Part shown: positions 1 to 12,296 of the stretch, piece by piece
How positions within the stretch are numbered: the first letter of the stretch is position 1
Layout of the letters: every line of letters starts with the position of its first letter
DNA from: Octopus vulgaris
Lineage: Eukaryota
DNA: 64,000 nucleotides
Reading direction: 5' to 3'
Assembly (NCBI GenBank): GCA_951406725.2
Contig: OX597820.1
Span: 19,158,001-19,222,000 of the forward strand
The notes under the pieces: model-generated
What the model saw: only the letters and a program-made list of their open reading frames with translations
Databases searched by the model: none
What the model was told of the DNA's origin: nothing
Program-made: the position numbers and the translations under genes

Positions 1-739
1 GGGATTATATAAACTTAAGCTTGTCAGTATTTTCTTGCAAATCCTATCATAAAAGCATTAATTTTTAAAATGTATTTGCTTTGTCTTATCCTGGATGGAA
101 ATAGTCTGCCCTCCCTTAATTGCTACCACATGCTCCAAGAAATTTTCAAATTCCGTTTAGAAAACATTGCTTGACATTCTACATAATTTTCAGCTCATCT
201 GAATTATGAATTCCTGTGATTAATTCCCATGATATACAGAAATGTTTACTCTTTTCCATAATTTCTTCCAAATTCTTACCAGTCTTATTGTCTTTCTCAG
301 TTGCCCGCCTTTTCCTTCCAATGTTGTGTGGAGAGGAAAAAAAAAAAAAAAAATAATAATAATAAAAAAAAAATGAAAGAAAAACTTCTCAAAGTCCCAA
401 GAGTGATGCTTGATTAGATTAATCATAGGCAAGATTTGGAAGTTTGTAAATCATATCCTAAACTGGTGATGGAAGAAATATTGCAGAGTTTATCTTTTAT
501 TAAACCTGATGGGATTCCAGTGAAATTGTTATGTAACTCTATGTCAAAGCAAAAACAATAATGGAGTGGTTGGAATTCCTGTGGAGTGGAAGCTCTTTTC
601 TCGTACAATAACAACGGTAGAATGGTGCAATATTTCTTCTATGGACCAAGGGTGTGATTTGCTTAGTATGGATGCTGTTAACCCTTGCTGTGTTGATTAA
701 AGTTTTGCTTACTAATGTACAGATCATCACCATCACCAT

Positions 740-1440
740 CATCATCATCTTCGTTTAACGTCCGCTTTCCATGCTAGCATGGGTTGGATGGATGGAAGCA
801 CTCCGTCGGTTACGACGACGAGGGTTCTGGTTGATCCGAATCAACGGAACAGCCTGCTCGTGAAATTAACGTGTAAGTGGCTGAGCACTCCACAGACACG
901 TGTACCCTTAACGTAGTTCTCGGGGACATTCAGTGTGACACAGAGAGTGACAAGGCCGGCCCTTTGAAATACAGGTACAACAGAAACAGGAAGTAAGAGT
1001 GAGAGAAAGTTGTGGTGAAAGAGTACAGCAGGGATCACCACCATCCCCTGCCGAAGCCTCGTGGAGCTTTAGGTGTTTATGCTCAATAAACACTCACAAC
1101 GCCTGGTCTGGGAATCGAAATCGCGATCCTATGACCACGAGTCCGCTGCCCTAACCACTGGGCCATTGCGCCTCCACAATGGGTTGGATGATTTGACTGA
1201 GGACTGGCGAACCAGATGGCTGCACCAGGCTCCAATCTTGATCTGGCAGAGTTTCTACAGCTGGATGCCCTTCCTAACGCCAACCACTCCGAGAGTGTAG
1301 TGGGTGCTTTTATGTGCCACCGGCAAGAGGGTCAGTCAGGCAGTACTGGCAACGGCCATGCTCAATTGGTGTTTTTTATGTGCCACTTGCACAGGATCCA
1401 GTCCAGCGGCACTGGGAACAACCTCGCTCGAATGTTTGTG
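740..1440 (-). mobile_element. SINE family C ((GAT)n-tailed), interrupted by a nested family B SINE
   Basis: Matches copies at 1716-1908, 46173-46520, 49576-49899 and 53270-53530. On its coding strand it ends in GTTAAACGA followed by (GAT)n. Confidence 0.8.
798..1175 (-). mobile_element. tRNA-derived SINE family B, nested insertion
   Basis: The minus strand begins GGAGGCGCAATGGCCCAGTGGTTAGGGC (A box) and has TTTCGATTCC (B box). A 12-bp TSD ATGGGTTGGATG lies at 779-790 and 1179-1190. A paralogue is at 16383-16760. Confidence 0.85.
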
Positions 1441-1715
1441 ACATGTTAATTATATGCAGATCAGTTCTCACAACCTCTTTTTATCGACTAGTATAAAGGA
1501 AATGCGTGTACTATGTCATATGAAATATGAAGAATTTTGGAAAATACCCCACTATCAAAAATGAGCGACCTCAGTTCCTTTATCTCAAGTGCACATGCAC
1601 AGAACTGGGGTTTTGCATGGTTCAAGATAGTAAGGGTCAACCCTTTAACATTCAGATTCCTGTCAAACGTATTGCTTATTTATTCACCTTATTTTAAATT
1701 AATCATGCATTCTAA

Positions 1716-1908
1716 CTGGCCCTCATGCTGGTGGCACATAAAAGCACCCACTACACTCTCGGACTGGTTGGCATTAGGAAGTGCATCCAGCTGTAGAAAC
1801 TCTGCCAGATCAGATTGGAGCCTAGTGCAGCCATCTGGTTTGCCAGACCTCAGTCAAATCGTCCAACCCACGCTAGCATGGAAAGCGGATGTTAAACGAT
1901 GATGATGA
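1716..1908 (+). mobile_element. SINE family C 3' fragment inside a piggyBac-type MITE
   Basis: Family C tail CCAACCCACGCTAGCATGGAAAGCGGATGTTAAACGATGATGAT. The flanks 1641-1712 and 1909-2017 are the two halves of the MITE. Confidence 0.75.
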
Positions 1909-2906
1909 TATCTCATAGTCTCAAGATTTCAATGATGTGACAAAGATATTTTTAGAATGACATTGTAAGATAGACACAAGAGGCCAGATATGGCCAGTTT
2001 AAACACTAAATGGTTAATGTTAGTGACCAGAAAAGTGTTAAGCTACCAGCACCAGAATCTAAGCTGGGTCTGTTAAATGATAGATTTTAATATTTTCCAC
2101 TTATTATTTAACACATATATGCTTTTACACTTTGAAGAGGGGGCGAAAAAGAAGGTATTTCATGTAAATTAATGACGGCAATCATTTGATTATTGCAGCC
2201 AATTATATATTTAATGTCAAAATATATCAACTGATGTCAGTTGATTGCTTTCAGACAACCGAATATTATTTTTGGACTCTGGTTTCTTCTACATTTCAAA
2301 GTGCGTCATCATAACAAGTCTATAAGTAGTGCATGTTCTATTTCGTATGACTGACAAACTTGAGAGAGAATCTCTCTCTTTTTTGCTTTAATTTGCTTAC
2401 AGAGAGGGAGTGGAGGGGAGAGGATACTGTTAGGAAAGGGTTGGGGTGACTGGAAATCGAAGTAACATTTTTGGTCCACATGAAGAGAAAGGAATCCAAG
2501 GGATCCGTAGGTGACAAAAAATGGTTGACGACCACTGATTTAGAGAATATAAAAAGGAATGGAGAAGTGTATATTGCTTCAAAGTTATTAGTAAACCCAT
2601 TAATGGTTAGGGTATTTGTCTCACATTCATAAGGTCATGAGTTCAATTCCCAGCAGCATCCTTGAACAAGACACTTTATTTCACATTGCTTCAGTCTACT
2701 CGGCTGACAAAAAGAGGTGTACCTGTAATTCACATGATTAACATGTCACAAACATTCGAGCGAGGTTGTTCCCAGTGCCGCTGGAATGGATCCTGTGCAA
2801 GTGGCACATAAAAAACACCATTTAAGCGTGGCCGTTGCCAGGACCACCTGACTGACCCTCTTGCCGGTGGCACATAAAAGCACCCACTATATATAAATTA
2901 TGTATG

Positions 2907-2940
<34 letters not shown>

Positions 2941-3559
2941 TATGTATGAATATATATATGTATGTATATATATGTTTATATATGTATATGTATGTATGTG
3001 TGTATGTATATATATGTGTGTGTGTGTGTATATATATGTCACGTTCTGTGTCATGCTGAATCATCACCATCACCACCATCATCATCATCACCATCATTTA
3101 ACGTCCATTATCCATGCTGGCATGGGTTGGACAATGTGGGGCTGCACCATACTCCAAACAGACTTGGCATGGTTTCTACAGCTGGATGCTCTTCCTAATA
3201 CCAGCCACTTTACAGGGCGTGCCGGGTGCTTTTATGTGACACCGCATGGACACTTTTACATGGCGCCACATGGATACTTTTACATGGAGGTTATCCATAT
3301 CTGTTGAGTGCTTAGCCACTTGCATGTTAATTCCATGAGCAGGCCCCACCATTGATCAGATCAACTGGAACTCTCATTGTAGTTATGACAATCCCCTGAG
3401 CTATGGGTGGGTTCCATGCTGTTATTAAGTTGGTGTTTGAATGTAAAATGTCAAGTAATAGGCGCAGGAGTGGCTGTGTGGTAAGTAGCTTGCTTACCAA
3501 CCATATGGTTCCGGGTTCAGTCCCACTGCATGGCACTTTGGGCATAAAAGCGCCAATGA

Positions 3560-3830
3560 CATTGACCATGGGGTTGCACTCTTCAAAGATACCAGGACCA
3601 ACTCAAAGCAACACTGAAAGCTACTGGAATTGAGCCTAAATCATTTGAAACAGAATCCCAAAGACCATGCCAAGTGGTGACGTTCCATCACCATCGGAAC
3701 CAAAACCTTCAGAGCCACCAGAAGAGCAAAGGAAGAAATGAAACAACAGGAGTGAAAGCCCCAACAAAATCAACCTCGTACTCCATCAACAGATAGGAGA
3801 ATGCAAATGCCAAAGAGTTAAGCCATGAAA
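3560..3830 (+). pseudogene. RTE-clade LINE ORF2 C-terminal remnant
   Basis: Manual translation from 3587 gives RYQDQLKATLKATGIEPKSFETES, a frameshift, then KDHAKW*RSITIGTKTFRATRRAKEEMK. This fits the RTE C-terminal pattern R(F/Y)KDxLK..GI..E..A.DR..WR, and the stops are consistent with CGA>TGA decay. Confidence 0.65.
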
Positions 3831-4799
3831 AGGAATTAAGTTTGAAGCTAGTAATTTGTATCACTTAATTCTTTTAGAAGATGGTAGCTTAGTGAATTAG
3901 TGCTGCAGTTTAACTGGTGGCTATCAGTTCATTCATTGGCTCGGTGAACTTGTGTGTATTATACTGTGGTTTAAGTGCAGCGAGCAAGCAGCATCACATA
4001 GATGAGAGCGTTCTGGATATCGTTTGATATCTTGTCAAGGTAAAGAGTTATGTCTCACATCAGAAGGATGGGAAAATATTTGTAAATGTCTGTTTGTAGG
4101 AAGTCATATTTATAATCGTTAACATGAGGAGTACCTGTCACACTCTCTCACTTGATGTTGTGTAATTGTCGTAAATGAATGTCATTAATTTCCAATATTC
4201 AGTGGAAACATGTCTGGCCATGGGGAAATATCACTTTGCCGAGAACCAAGCGAGGGTTGGCATCAAGAAAGGGTGTCTGGCCATAGAAAATCTTCCTCAC
4301 TAAACTTTATATTTGACCTATTATATCATGCAAGCACAGAAAAGTGGATATTTAAATGATATATTTATATGTATATGTTTTGGTGTGTTTACATCCCTGT
4401 AACTTATTGGTTTGGCAAAAGAGACTGATAGAATAAGTCTAGGTTTAAAAAAAAAATGTCTTGGGTTCAGTTTGTTTGACTAAAATTCTTCAAGATGGTA
4501 CCTCAGCATGGCTGTAGTCTAATGAGTGAAACAAGTAAAAGAAAAAAGATATATTATTCTTATACAAGAATATATACATATTTATTACAGAGATGTACTT
4601 GCATAGCAAGTGATCTGATCTGAGATCGTGTGCTGGAATGAAAACAATTACAGAGTGGAAGGTGTTTATAAGCCATTTGAGAAACACACAAAAATCGTTA
4701 GATTCACTTCAACATTTAAATTTAATTTGTCAAAATATTTTCGTCGCTTTGAGGCCACGACCTGTTCACTGACAAAATTATGTTTGCATGCATGTATGT

Positions 4800-4830
<31 letters not shown>

Positions 4831-5630
4831 AATATATATATGTATGTATATATATATGTATATATATATATATATATGTATGTATATATATGTTTATATA
4901 TGTATATGTATGTATGTGTGTATATATATATGTGTGTGTGTATATATATATATATTTATAATGATAAATTTGTACTCTACCAAAGTATAGAGTAACCCAC
5001 CAGATTAATGTGAAATAGTTTTTATTGTAATTGAACAGAAAAACAAGCATTAATATAGATATGTGTGTGTGAATATATATATATATATTCATATATACAC
5101 ACACACACACACACACACATATACATTCATATTCATACACATATAATACTTTGGTGCCTCTTAGCACTTTCCACTGTTTCCCCACCTTGCTATTTACAAT
5201 GTCGCATTCTTCAAATCTATAGCATGACACCGAAATGAAACATCTTAACGAGCTACACAGTGGTGCAAATAATTAAGTCGCCAGATACAACCGTCGTTTT
5301 GTATTATCATTTCGAGCTGTCATAATTGAATAGGTCCGTCAAGGAAATAGAACAGCAGATGGTCAAGTTGAGGACTTAGCCGTGCAAATCATATCACTTG
5401 CAAGACAGCAATTAAGTCCTTTCTAAATACCAAGTCTGTCTAGTATTAAGTTGTTGTTGCTGCTGTTGTCATTGCTTCACCCCAGGTCAGCCCCAATCAA
5501 AGATATCTGTAATCAAAGACATCCCAGCTGTGGCTATTCCATTTGTTTCTTTTTCACATATCAGAGTCTACATTTCGTTTTTGGATTTGGTTTGCAAGAT
5601 TCTTTATCTGAGTTTGTGTGTTGAAGCATA

Positions 5631-5924
5631 TTCTGTTGTGTCTGGGGAGAGTCATTTTCTTTTTGTGCCTTATAATGTAACACATTCACCGGTAAAATTT
5701 CCACTTCTTTCTTTTTTTTTTTTCCTAAAATTTTCTTATTTTTATTTTCCTAAAAGTTTCATAGCGTCTTGCAACATTTTCAATAGTCAACACTATTGAA
5801 AAGGTTGCAAGACGCAACGAAAATTTTTGGAAAATAAAAATAAGAAATAAGTGGAAATTTTACCGGTGAATGTGTTATATTATAAGGCACAAAAGGAAAA
5901 TGACTCTCCCCTGACACGACAGAA
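5631..5924. repeat. Long foldback inverted repeat (~130-155-bp arms), probably paired Penelope-like termini
   Basis: TTCTGTTGTGTCTGGGGAGAGTCATTTTC... pairs with ...GAAAATGACTCTCCCCTGACACGACAGAA. The centre is CAATAGT-CAAC-ACTATTG at 5781-5798. Confidence 0.9.
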
Positions 5925-6225
5925 GAGACTGCATTGTTTAGAAGAGACTGCATTGTTTACTACATTCTTCTTTCAGAATTGTAAAATGCAATTTGGAGGA
6001 ACATTTGGGTGTTATTTCTAGTAGATACAGTAGTTGGTGATGACTTATAAACAACAGCCCTGGGGTCAATTTGTTTGGTTAAAACCTTTTAAGGCGGTGT
6101 TCCAGCATGGCTGCAGTCAAAATGACCAAAACAAGTTAAAGAATAAGAGAATTAGGGTTCTCTGAGGAGATGGGTTTATCCCTCATACCCTTATCCCTTT
6201 TGCATTCAGATTACTGCTTATCTAA

Positions 6226-6793
6226 GGCGGCAAGGTGGCAGAATCATTAGCACGCCAGGTGAAATGCTTAGCGTTATTTTGTCTGCCGTTATGTTCTGAG
6301 TTCAAATTCTGCCGAGGTTGACTTTGCCTTTCATCCTTTCGGGGTCGATGTAATTGATTTAATCCATTTGTCTGTCCTTGTTTGTCCCCTCTGTGAATAG
6401 TAAAGAAATAGGTATTTTGTCAGTCTTTACGTTCTGAGTTCAAATTCCGCCAAGGTTGGCTTTGCCTTTCATCCTTTCGGTGTCTATAAATTAAGTACCA
6501 GTTGCATACTGGGGTTGATCTAATTGTCTGGCCCCCTCCCCAACATTTCGGGCCTTGTGCTTAGAGTAGAAAAGATTATTCTTCATTTAAGGCGGCAAGC
6601 TGGCAGAAACATTAGCACGCCGGGCGAAATACTTAGCGGTACTTTGTCTGTCTTTATGTTCTTAGTTCAAATTTCACCAAGATTGACTTGCGTTTCATCC
6701 TTTCGGGGTCGATAAATTAAGTACAGGGGTCGATCTAATCGACTGGCTCCTTCCCAAAACATTTCGGGCCTTGTGCCTAGAGTAGAAAAGATT
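6226..6793 (+). mobile_element. Cluster of family D SINEs (a D1-tail/D2-tail dimer plus a D2 monomer)
   Basis: GGCGGC.AG.TGGCAGAA heads at 6226 and 6591, shared core GCCTTTCATCCTTTCGGGGTCGAT, and junction AAAGAAATAGGTATTT at ~6402-6417. Confidence 0.85.
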
Positions 6794-7092
6794 AATGCTT
6801 TGAATTAATGAGGTTTCTCTTGTAGCTTTGAGATTTTGATGATGTGATTGTTTACTTTTAAAATGACATTATAGGGTAGGTGTGAGAGGCTGGATCTGGC
6901 TAGTTATGAACATAACACAAAATATTTGGGCCAGATGTGGCCACTTCAAATGCTTGACAGTGTACAACTGCTCTATCATACCACCATTGCTTATATCTCT
7001 TTGAGATATTTAGAAATCTAATATTTCTATATATATATATATATATCATCATCATCATCATCATCGTTTAGCGTCCGTTTTCCATGCTAGCA

Positions 7093-7134
<42 letters not shown>

Positions 7135-7446
7135 TTATTTTATTTAGAAGTTGCTGGCAACGAATAAGCATGTTTGAGCATTTTGGTATTTTAGCGAATA
7201 CCGTTGTGGTGCTAGTAATTCTGGGATTGTCTTTTTTTCTTTTTTTTTTTTTGCCCCCAAAAGTATATCCCTAATTTCAGTTGGGTTTACAGCTCATTTC
7301 TTGTTGTTTACCAAGAAACCTAGAAACAAAAATAACAGCTCTATAATAAATGTCTGACAATTTGTAATTAGTTATTTCTTAATGAAAAGCAAGACTTCCA
7401 AATAAGTAAAAAGATTTTATTTACAATGCTAAAAATACACACAGAT

Positions 7447-7478
<32 letters not shown>

Positions 7479-10400
7479 TCTAATACAAAAGCTTTCGCTT
7501 ATAAATATTGTTAGTTTGTTAGAATTTGTTGAATACCAAATTTTTTTTATTATTAACAACAATTATTTTACTCTTCTATAATGATAGCTTAGATTTTTTT
7601 CCCTTTTTCCTGCAATTAAAAGGAAAGAGGACAAACAAAAGTGTGTAACATTTTACTGTATATTTTAGTTCACTATTTTCATGCTGTTTTAAATGCAGCT
7701 ATTTTTAATATTAAAAAGTAAATGCATTAAAAATGACTATGTGTATATATCTCTTGTGTTTTTCCACTCATATTGATTTTCTCTGTTTGTGAATAGAAAA
7801 TCCATTCTATACATAAACGCTAGCTATTTATTAAATCTCCGATGTGAAATGCAGTTTTAACAACTTTAAGACAAAATAATATTAATAATGATAACAATAA
7901 TAATAATAATGATGATGATCACAATGAAAAAAAGACACTCTACCAAAAAAAAAAAAAAAAGATGATGAATAAAATATATAATGGGGTGGCTATATAAAAA
8001 AAGAGTGTACACAGAAGCAGCTGAATAGATAAAGATGCTTGCTCTGAATGAAATGATCAATTAATTCTAACTTCAGGGGTTCCATTTAATATTTGCTAAG
8101 TTTTCAGATTTGGCAAATTATTAACTTTGATATCTCTTCTCTCTTTTGTATGTCTGTTCTTGGTTGTACATTTTAGACACACACACACACACACTTATAT
8201 ACACACGCACACACACGGTGGGTATCATTATGTTCAGAAAGTTAAAAATTATATAATAATATATTGTTCTTTCCGCCTACTTCAGAACGTGGTGCCTTCA
8301 CCCTTTGTGTTGGTTAGATCGAGACATAAAGACAAAAATAATGAACTGTCTGGTTCTGAGTGAATATAAAACTGAAATATTCTTCGGAGTTGGTATCGTC
8401 TTGTGTTCTTGTTCATATTCAATGATTAAAGGAAAAAATAAAAAGATTAAAAAAACAAATAAATCTGCCAAAGCATGGAAGTTTTCTTAATTAATTTAAC
8501 ACAACATCTGCAAAAGACAAGCCTGGCTTTTTTTTTTCCCTCCCCAATTTCTTTGGGTACATTCCACGGGTGGCCATGTTGTTTGATAAGAAGAAGCTAC
8601 ATTTAGTATTTTATTTTTAATGTTCAAGAGTGTATTTTCAAATTCTATTTATAAATAAGAAGATACAATGCCTTCCCCCCATCCCTCCACACACAAATCT
8701 CACTCCCACAAGCACTTATATGCTGTTTTTTATATAGGAACAGAAGTTCTTGGCAAGTTCCAAATGACTGCGGTGGTAATTGTCACTGAACAAGCAAAGT
8801 TACACCAAAACACTGGTGTCTGATAGTCTACAGATATCAGTTGTAGCATGTTGTGTTAATACACAAAATCTCTAAGGAAAAGTTGCGTATGTAGACTAAA
8901 TCCTGCAGTGTGAACTGTTCCATGGTTGTGTGTACATGAAGATATAAAGGATGTATACATCATTATTTCAATCTCTGGTGCTTCAAGAATTACGCCGATT
9001 TACTGCCACATAATTTTACTCACTAAAATAATATTAATTAATCCTTACTCATTATGGAATTTTATAGATCCTTCATTTTTACAGTTAATACATGTGTGTG
9101 TGTGTGTGATATAGACATATATATATATATATATATATATATAACATAGATGACCACTAGGTGAACATCCTATACGCTAAATGTAGACCCCATATGGTAT
9201 GACCACTAAGAAAAAAATTTAAATTTATATACATATATATGTATATTTATATACATTTAATGGCAGTGCCCCAGCATGGCCACAGCTCATTAGCTGAAAC
9301 TGGAAAATCAAAATCAAAAATATGTATATATCTATCGGCCAACTGGAAATTTTTCAAGGTGCTGCCCCAGCATGGCCAAAGTCTCAATGACTGTAAGAGG
9401 AGAAAGACAAAAAACAACAACTACTATAGCCACTAATACTAACTACTATACATTACATAATGTAGTCCTAGATACACTATGCCTGAATGAAAGATGGGAT
9501 GGTCACAGCTGGAACGTCTTTGATCATAGGTCTGTCTGGATCAGGACTGACCTGAGGCTAAACAACAACATCACCAACACACTAGATTACAGCAGTGTAT
9601 CTTGTGTTTTTATCTATCCCCCTAACATACACACACACCCACCATCACTTGGCAACTGGTATTAGTTTGTTTACATCCATGTAACTTAGTTGTTCGGCAA
9701 AAAGTTACCATTAAGGATAAGTACGGGGTGCGTTTCTTTGACTAACCCCCTTCAAGGTGATGCCCCAGTATGGTCGCAGTCCAAAAGAAAAAACTAAAAA
9801 CAAATTAAAAAGATGAGAGAAAGATAAAAAAAAAATGATTGCATTTCACTGCTAATATGTTTTGATTGGATGCCGGAAAGTTTGGATATTCCAAAATTAC
9901 CGAAGTAGTTATCTTGCAGCATAATTCTATATTGGCTGCGAACTTAATTTCAGCTCTGTAGACTGAGTCTATTCAATACTAGTCTCAATTGAAATACTAA
10001 TCTTTTGGATCAATAATAACTTGAACCTACCTTTTGCTATACCTATGATTCCATTGGAGTTTTTTCTGTATTTTTTTTTTTTTTTTTTTTACTTTTTAAC
10101 CTCCCCCTATAACTGAATATTTCATTCAGAGAAAGCAGGTAGATAAATGGAAGTTCTCTCTTTCCTCTTGTGAAATTTATGTTGCATACAGCACCACCGT
10201 TTTCTTGCTAATCTCTGATCTTAAGATACATATTGCTGCAAGTCATGAGTGGATTTAATATATTTAGATTGTTTAATAAGGAAAGAATAAGATTAAAGAT
10301 GCAAAGAGATATCTGCTGGGAAAAAATATATATCATTATATGATAGAAAATGTTTATATATATACATACATGCATGTATGTATGTATGTATGTATGTATG

Positions 10401-10660
10401 TATATATATGTATATATATCAGTCATAGTGTAATTGGATGAGTATTGATTATGATAAGACTAGCTAAAACACAATGCTGTTTGCAGTAAACTTATAACAC
10501 AAATGGTATTATAAGACTATGATAATGTTACAACGCTTACAAATTCTATTTAGTAATTAGACCAGAAACTTTGGCCACCAGGCCTGCAGCCATAGTGTGG
10601 ACTGCTTCCCCTGATATGCTGTTCTGAATGACTTAATTAAAGGGGCTTAAATTTATTTAA

Positions 10661-10891
10661 GGCGGCGAGATGGCAGAAACGTTAGAACACCGGACGAAAT
10701 TCTTACCAGTATTTTGTCTGCCGTTACGTTCTGAGTTCAAATTCCACCGAGGTCGACTTTGCCTTTCATCCTTTTGGGCTCAATAAATCAAGTACCAGTT
10801 ACACACTGGGGTCGTTGTAATCGACTCAATCCCTTTGTCTGTCCTTGTTTGTCCCCTCTATGTATAGCCCCTTGTGGGCAATAAAGAAATA
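10661..10891 (+). mobile_element. SINE family D1 monomer
   Basis: Head with B-box-like GAGTTCAAATTCC, the conserved core, and tail CCCCTTGTGGGCAATAAAGAAAT. Confidence 0.85.
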
Positions 10892-11363
10892 AGTAATTAA
10901 ATGGGCCCTTGATGCAACAGGCATTCCATCTCAACTTGGGCCAGTTAGACCAGTAACTTTGGTCACCAGGCCTGCAGCCATTGTGTGGACTGCTTCCCAT
11001 GACATGCTGCTCTGCGTGATGTAATTAAAAGTGGCCTTGATGCGACTAGGGACAGTAACTCTCTGATGGCTTAACTCTCTTCATATTTGAGGTGGGGTAC
11101 ATCCCTACTCTGGGACATAATGGGCAGTGACACGTTCTCTGACTCCAACTTTTCTGCATTGGGCACAAACCTGAGTGTTGCTGCTCATAATGTAGAGGTG
11201 AGAAAATAAATAACTACAGGGGCCTGACAGGCTGCTATCAATGTATACTAGTTGCTGTTGAGATCTCACATGTTCCTGAACCCCATACTGTTGATTTCCT
11301 CTGCAAAATCAGGACAACTGCAGCCCTACAAGGTGGGATGGCTCACTGATTCCCCCATGATGC

Positions 11364-11520
11364 AAGCATGGCTGTTTGGTAAGAAGCTTGCTTCCTAACC
11401 TCATGGTTCTCGGTTCAGTCCCACTGCAGGGCACCATGGGCACGTGTCTTCTACTATAGGCTCGGGCCGACCAATGCCTTGTGAGTGGATTTGGTAACGG
11501 AAACTGAGAGAAACTTGTCA

Positions 11521-11571
<51 letters not shown>

Positions 11572-11640
11572 GTACATATACATATGTGTGTCTTTGTGTC
11601 TGTGTTTGTCGCCTCCACCCACCATTGCTTGATAGCCAAA
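11364..11640 (+). mobile_element. SINE family A (CORE-like), 3'-truncated
   Basis: Homologous to the full-length copies at 60079-60521 and 16872-17305. Confidence 0.75.
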
Positions 11641-11644
11641 AGTT

Positions 11645-11872
11645 AAAGACAAAAAAAGTGGCAGGGAGAATGATAGAGACGTGGCCCTCCTGGTTCAGGA
11701 AGACGTCTAGGGATAATCGAGGAACCCCACTGTCCGAGATTTCCCTGAAACCCCAAGAGCAAGTATCTTCTCCAATTCCTTCTCTCCGACTCACAGGTCC
11801 ACACTTAGAGAAGTACCATCCAATCTTGCCATTTTCGCAACTTTCACCCACCTTTCAATAAACCCACTTGCC
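11645..11872 (-). pseudogene. L1/Tx1-like LINE 3' remnant
   Basis: The minus strand reads ASGFIERWVKVAKMARLDGTSLSVDL* (stop at 11791-11793). It shares the F.ERW..VA motif with the fragment at 27467-27586. Confidence 0.5.
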
Positions 11873-11917
<45 letters not shown>

Positions 11918-12007
11918 TAATAATTCTAATATGGGTACAATGCCAGAAACGTGATGGAGATCAAGTGCTTGAAAATTTTCTTCATATTTATTTATATATA
12001 TATATAT

Positions 12008-12236
12008 ACCGGAGTAAACACATAAATGTGAAACAAGGTGGAAAAAAGAGTACTCAAATACCAGTGGTAGAGTAATATGCTTTATTTTAAGCAGCAGAAA
12101 AATCAACAAAATCTGTTACTCTGAGTTTCTCGTTGCCGTTCATCCGACAGTTTTTTCTAGCAAAAACTGTCTGATGAACGGCAACGAGAAACTCAGAGTA
12201 ACAGATTTTGTTGATTTTTCTGCTGCTTAAAATAAA

Positions 12237-12237
<1 letters not shown>
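12008..12237. mobile_element. Penelope-like terminal remnant with a near-perfect foldback (12080-12237), inserted in (TA)n
   Basis: The ~76-bp arms are almost perfectly complementary around 12156-12161. (TA)n flanks both sides, and each arm carries a hammerhead motif. Confidence 0.7.
12167..12204 (+). ncRNA. Minimal type I hammerhead ribozyme motif
   Basis: CTGT-CTGATGA-ACG-GCAA-CGA-GAA-ACTC-A-GAGT-A-ACAG: stem I CTGT/ACAG, CUGAUGA core, GNRA-capped stem II, GAAA, stem III ACTC/GAGT and a GUA cleavage triplet. The inverted copy at 12113-12150 has CGGATGA. Confidence 0.7.

Positions 12238-12296
<59 letters not shown>

Noticed and set aside
3878-4039. AG...AAG|GTAAAG as a coding exon
   Set aside because: There are stops in all three frames and only moderate splice signals.
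2822-5230. YI/HT/CV-rich ORFs here and throughout the window
   Set aside because: They are translations of (TA)n, (CA)n and (TG)n repeats.
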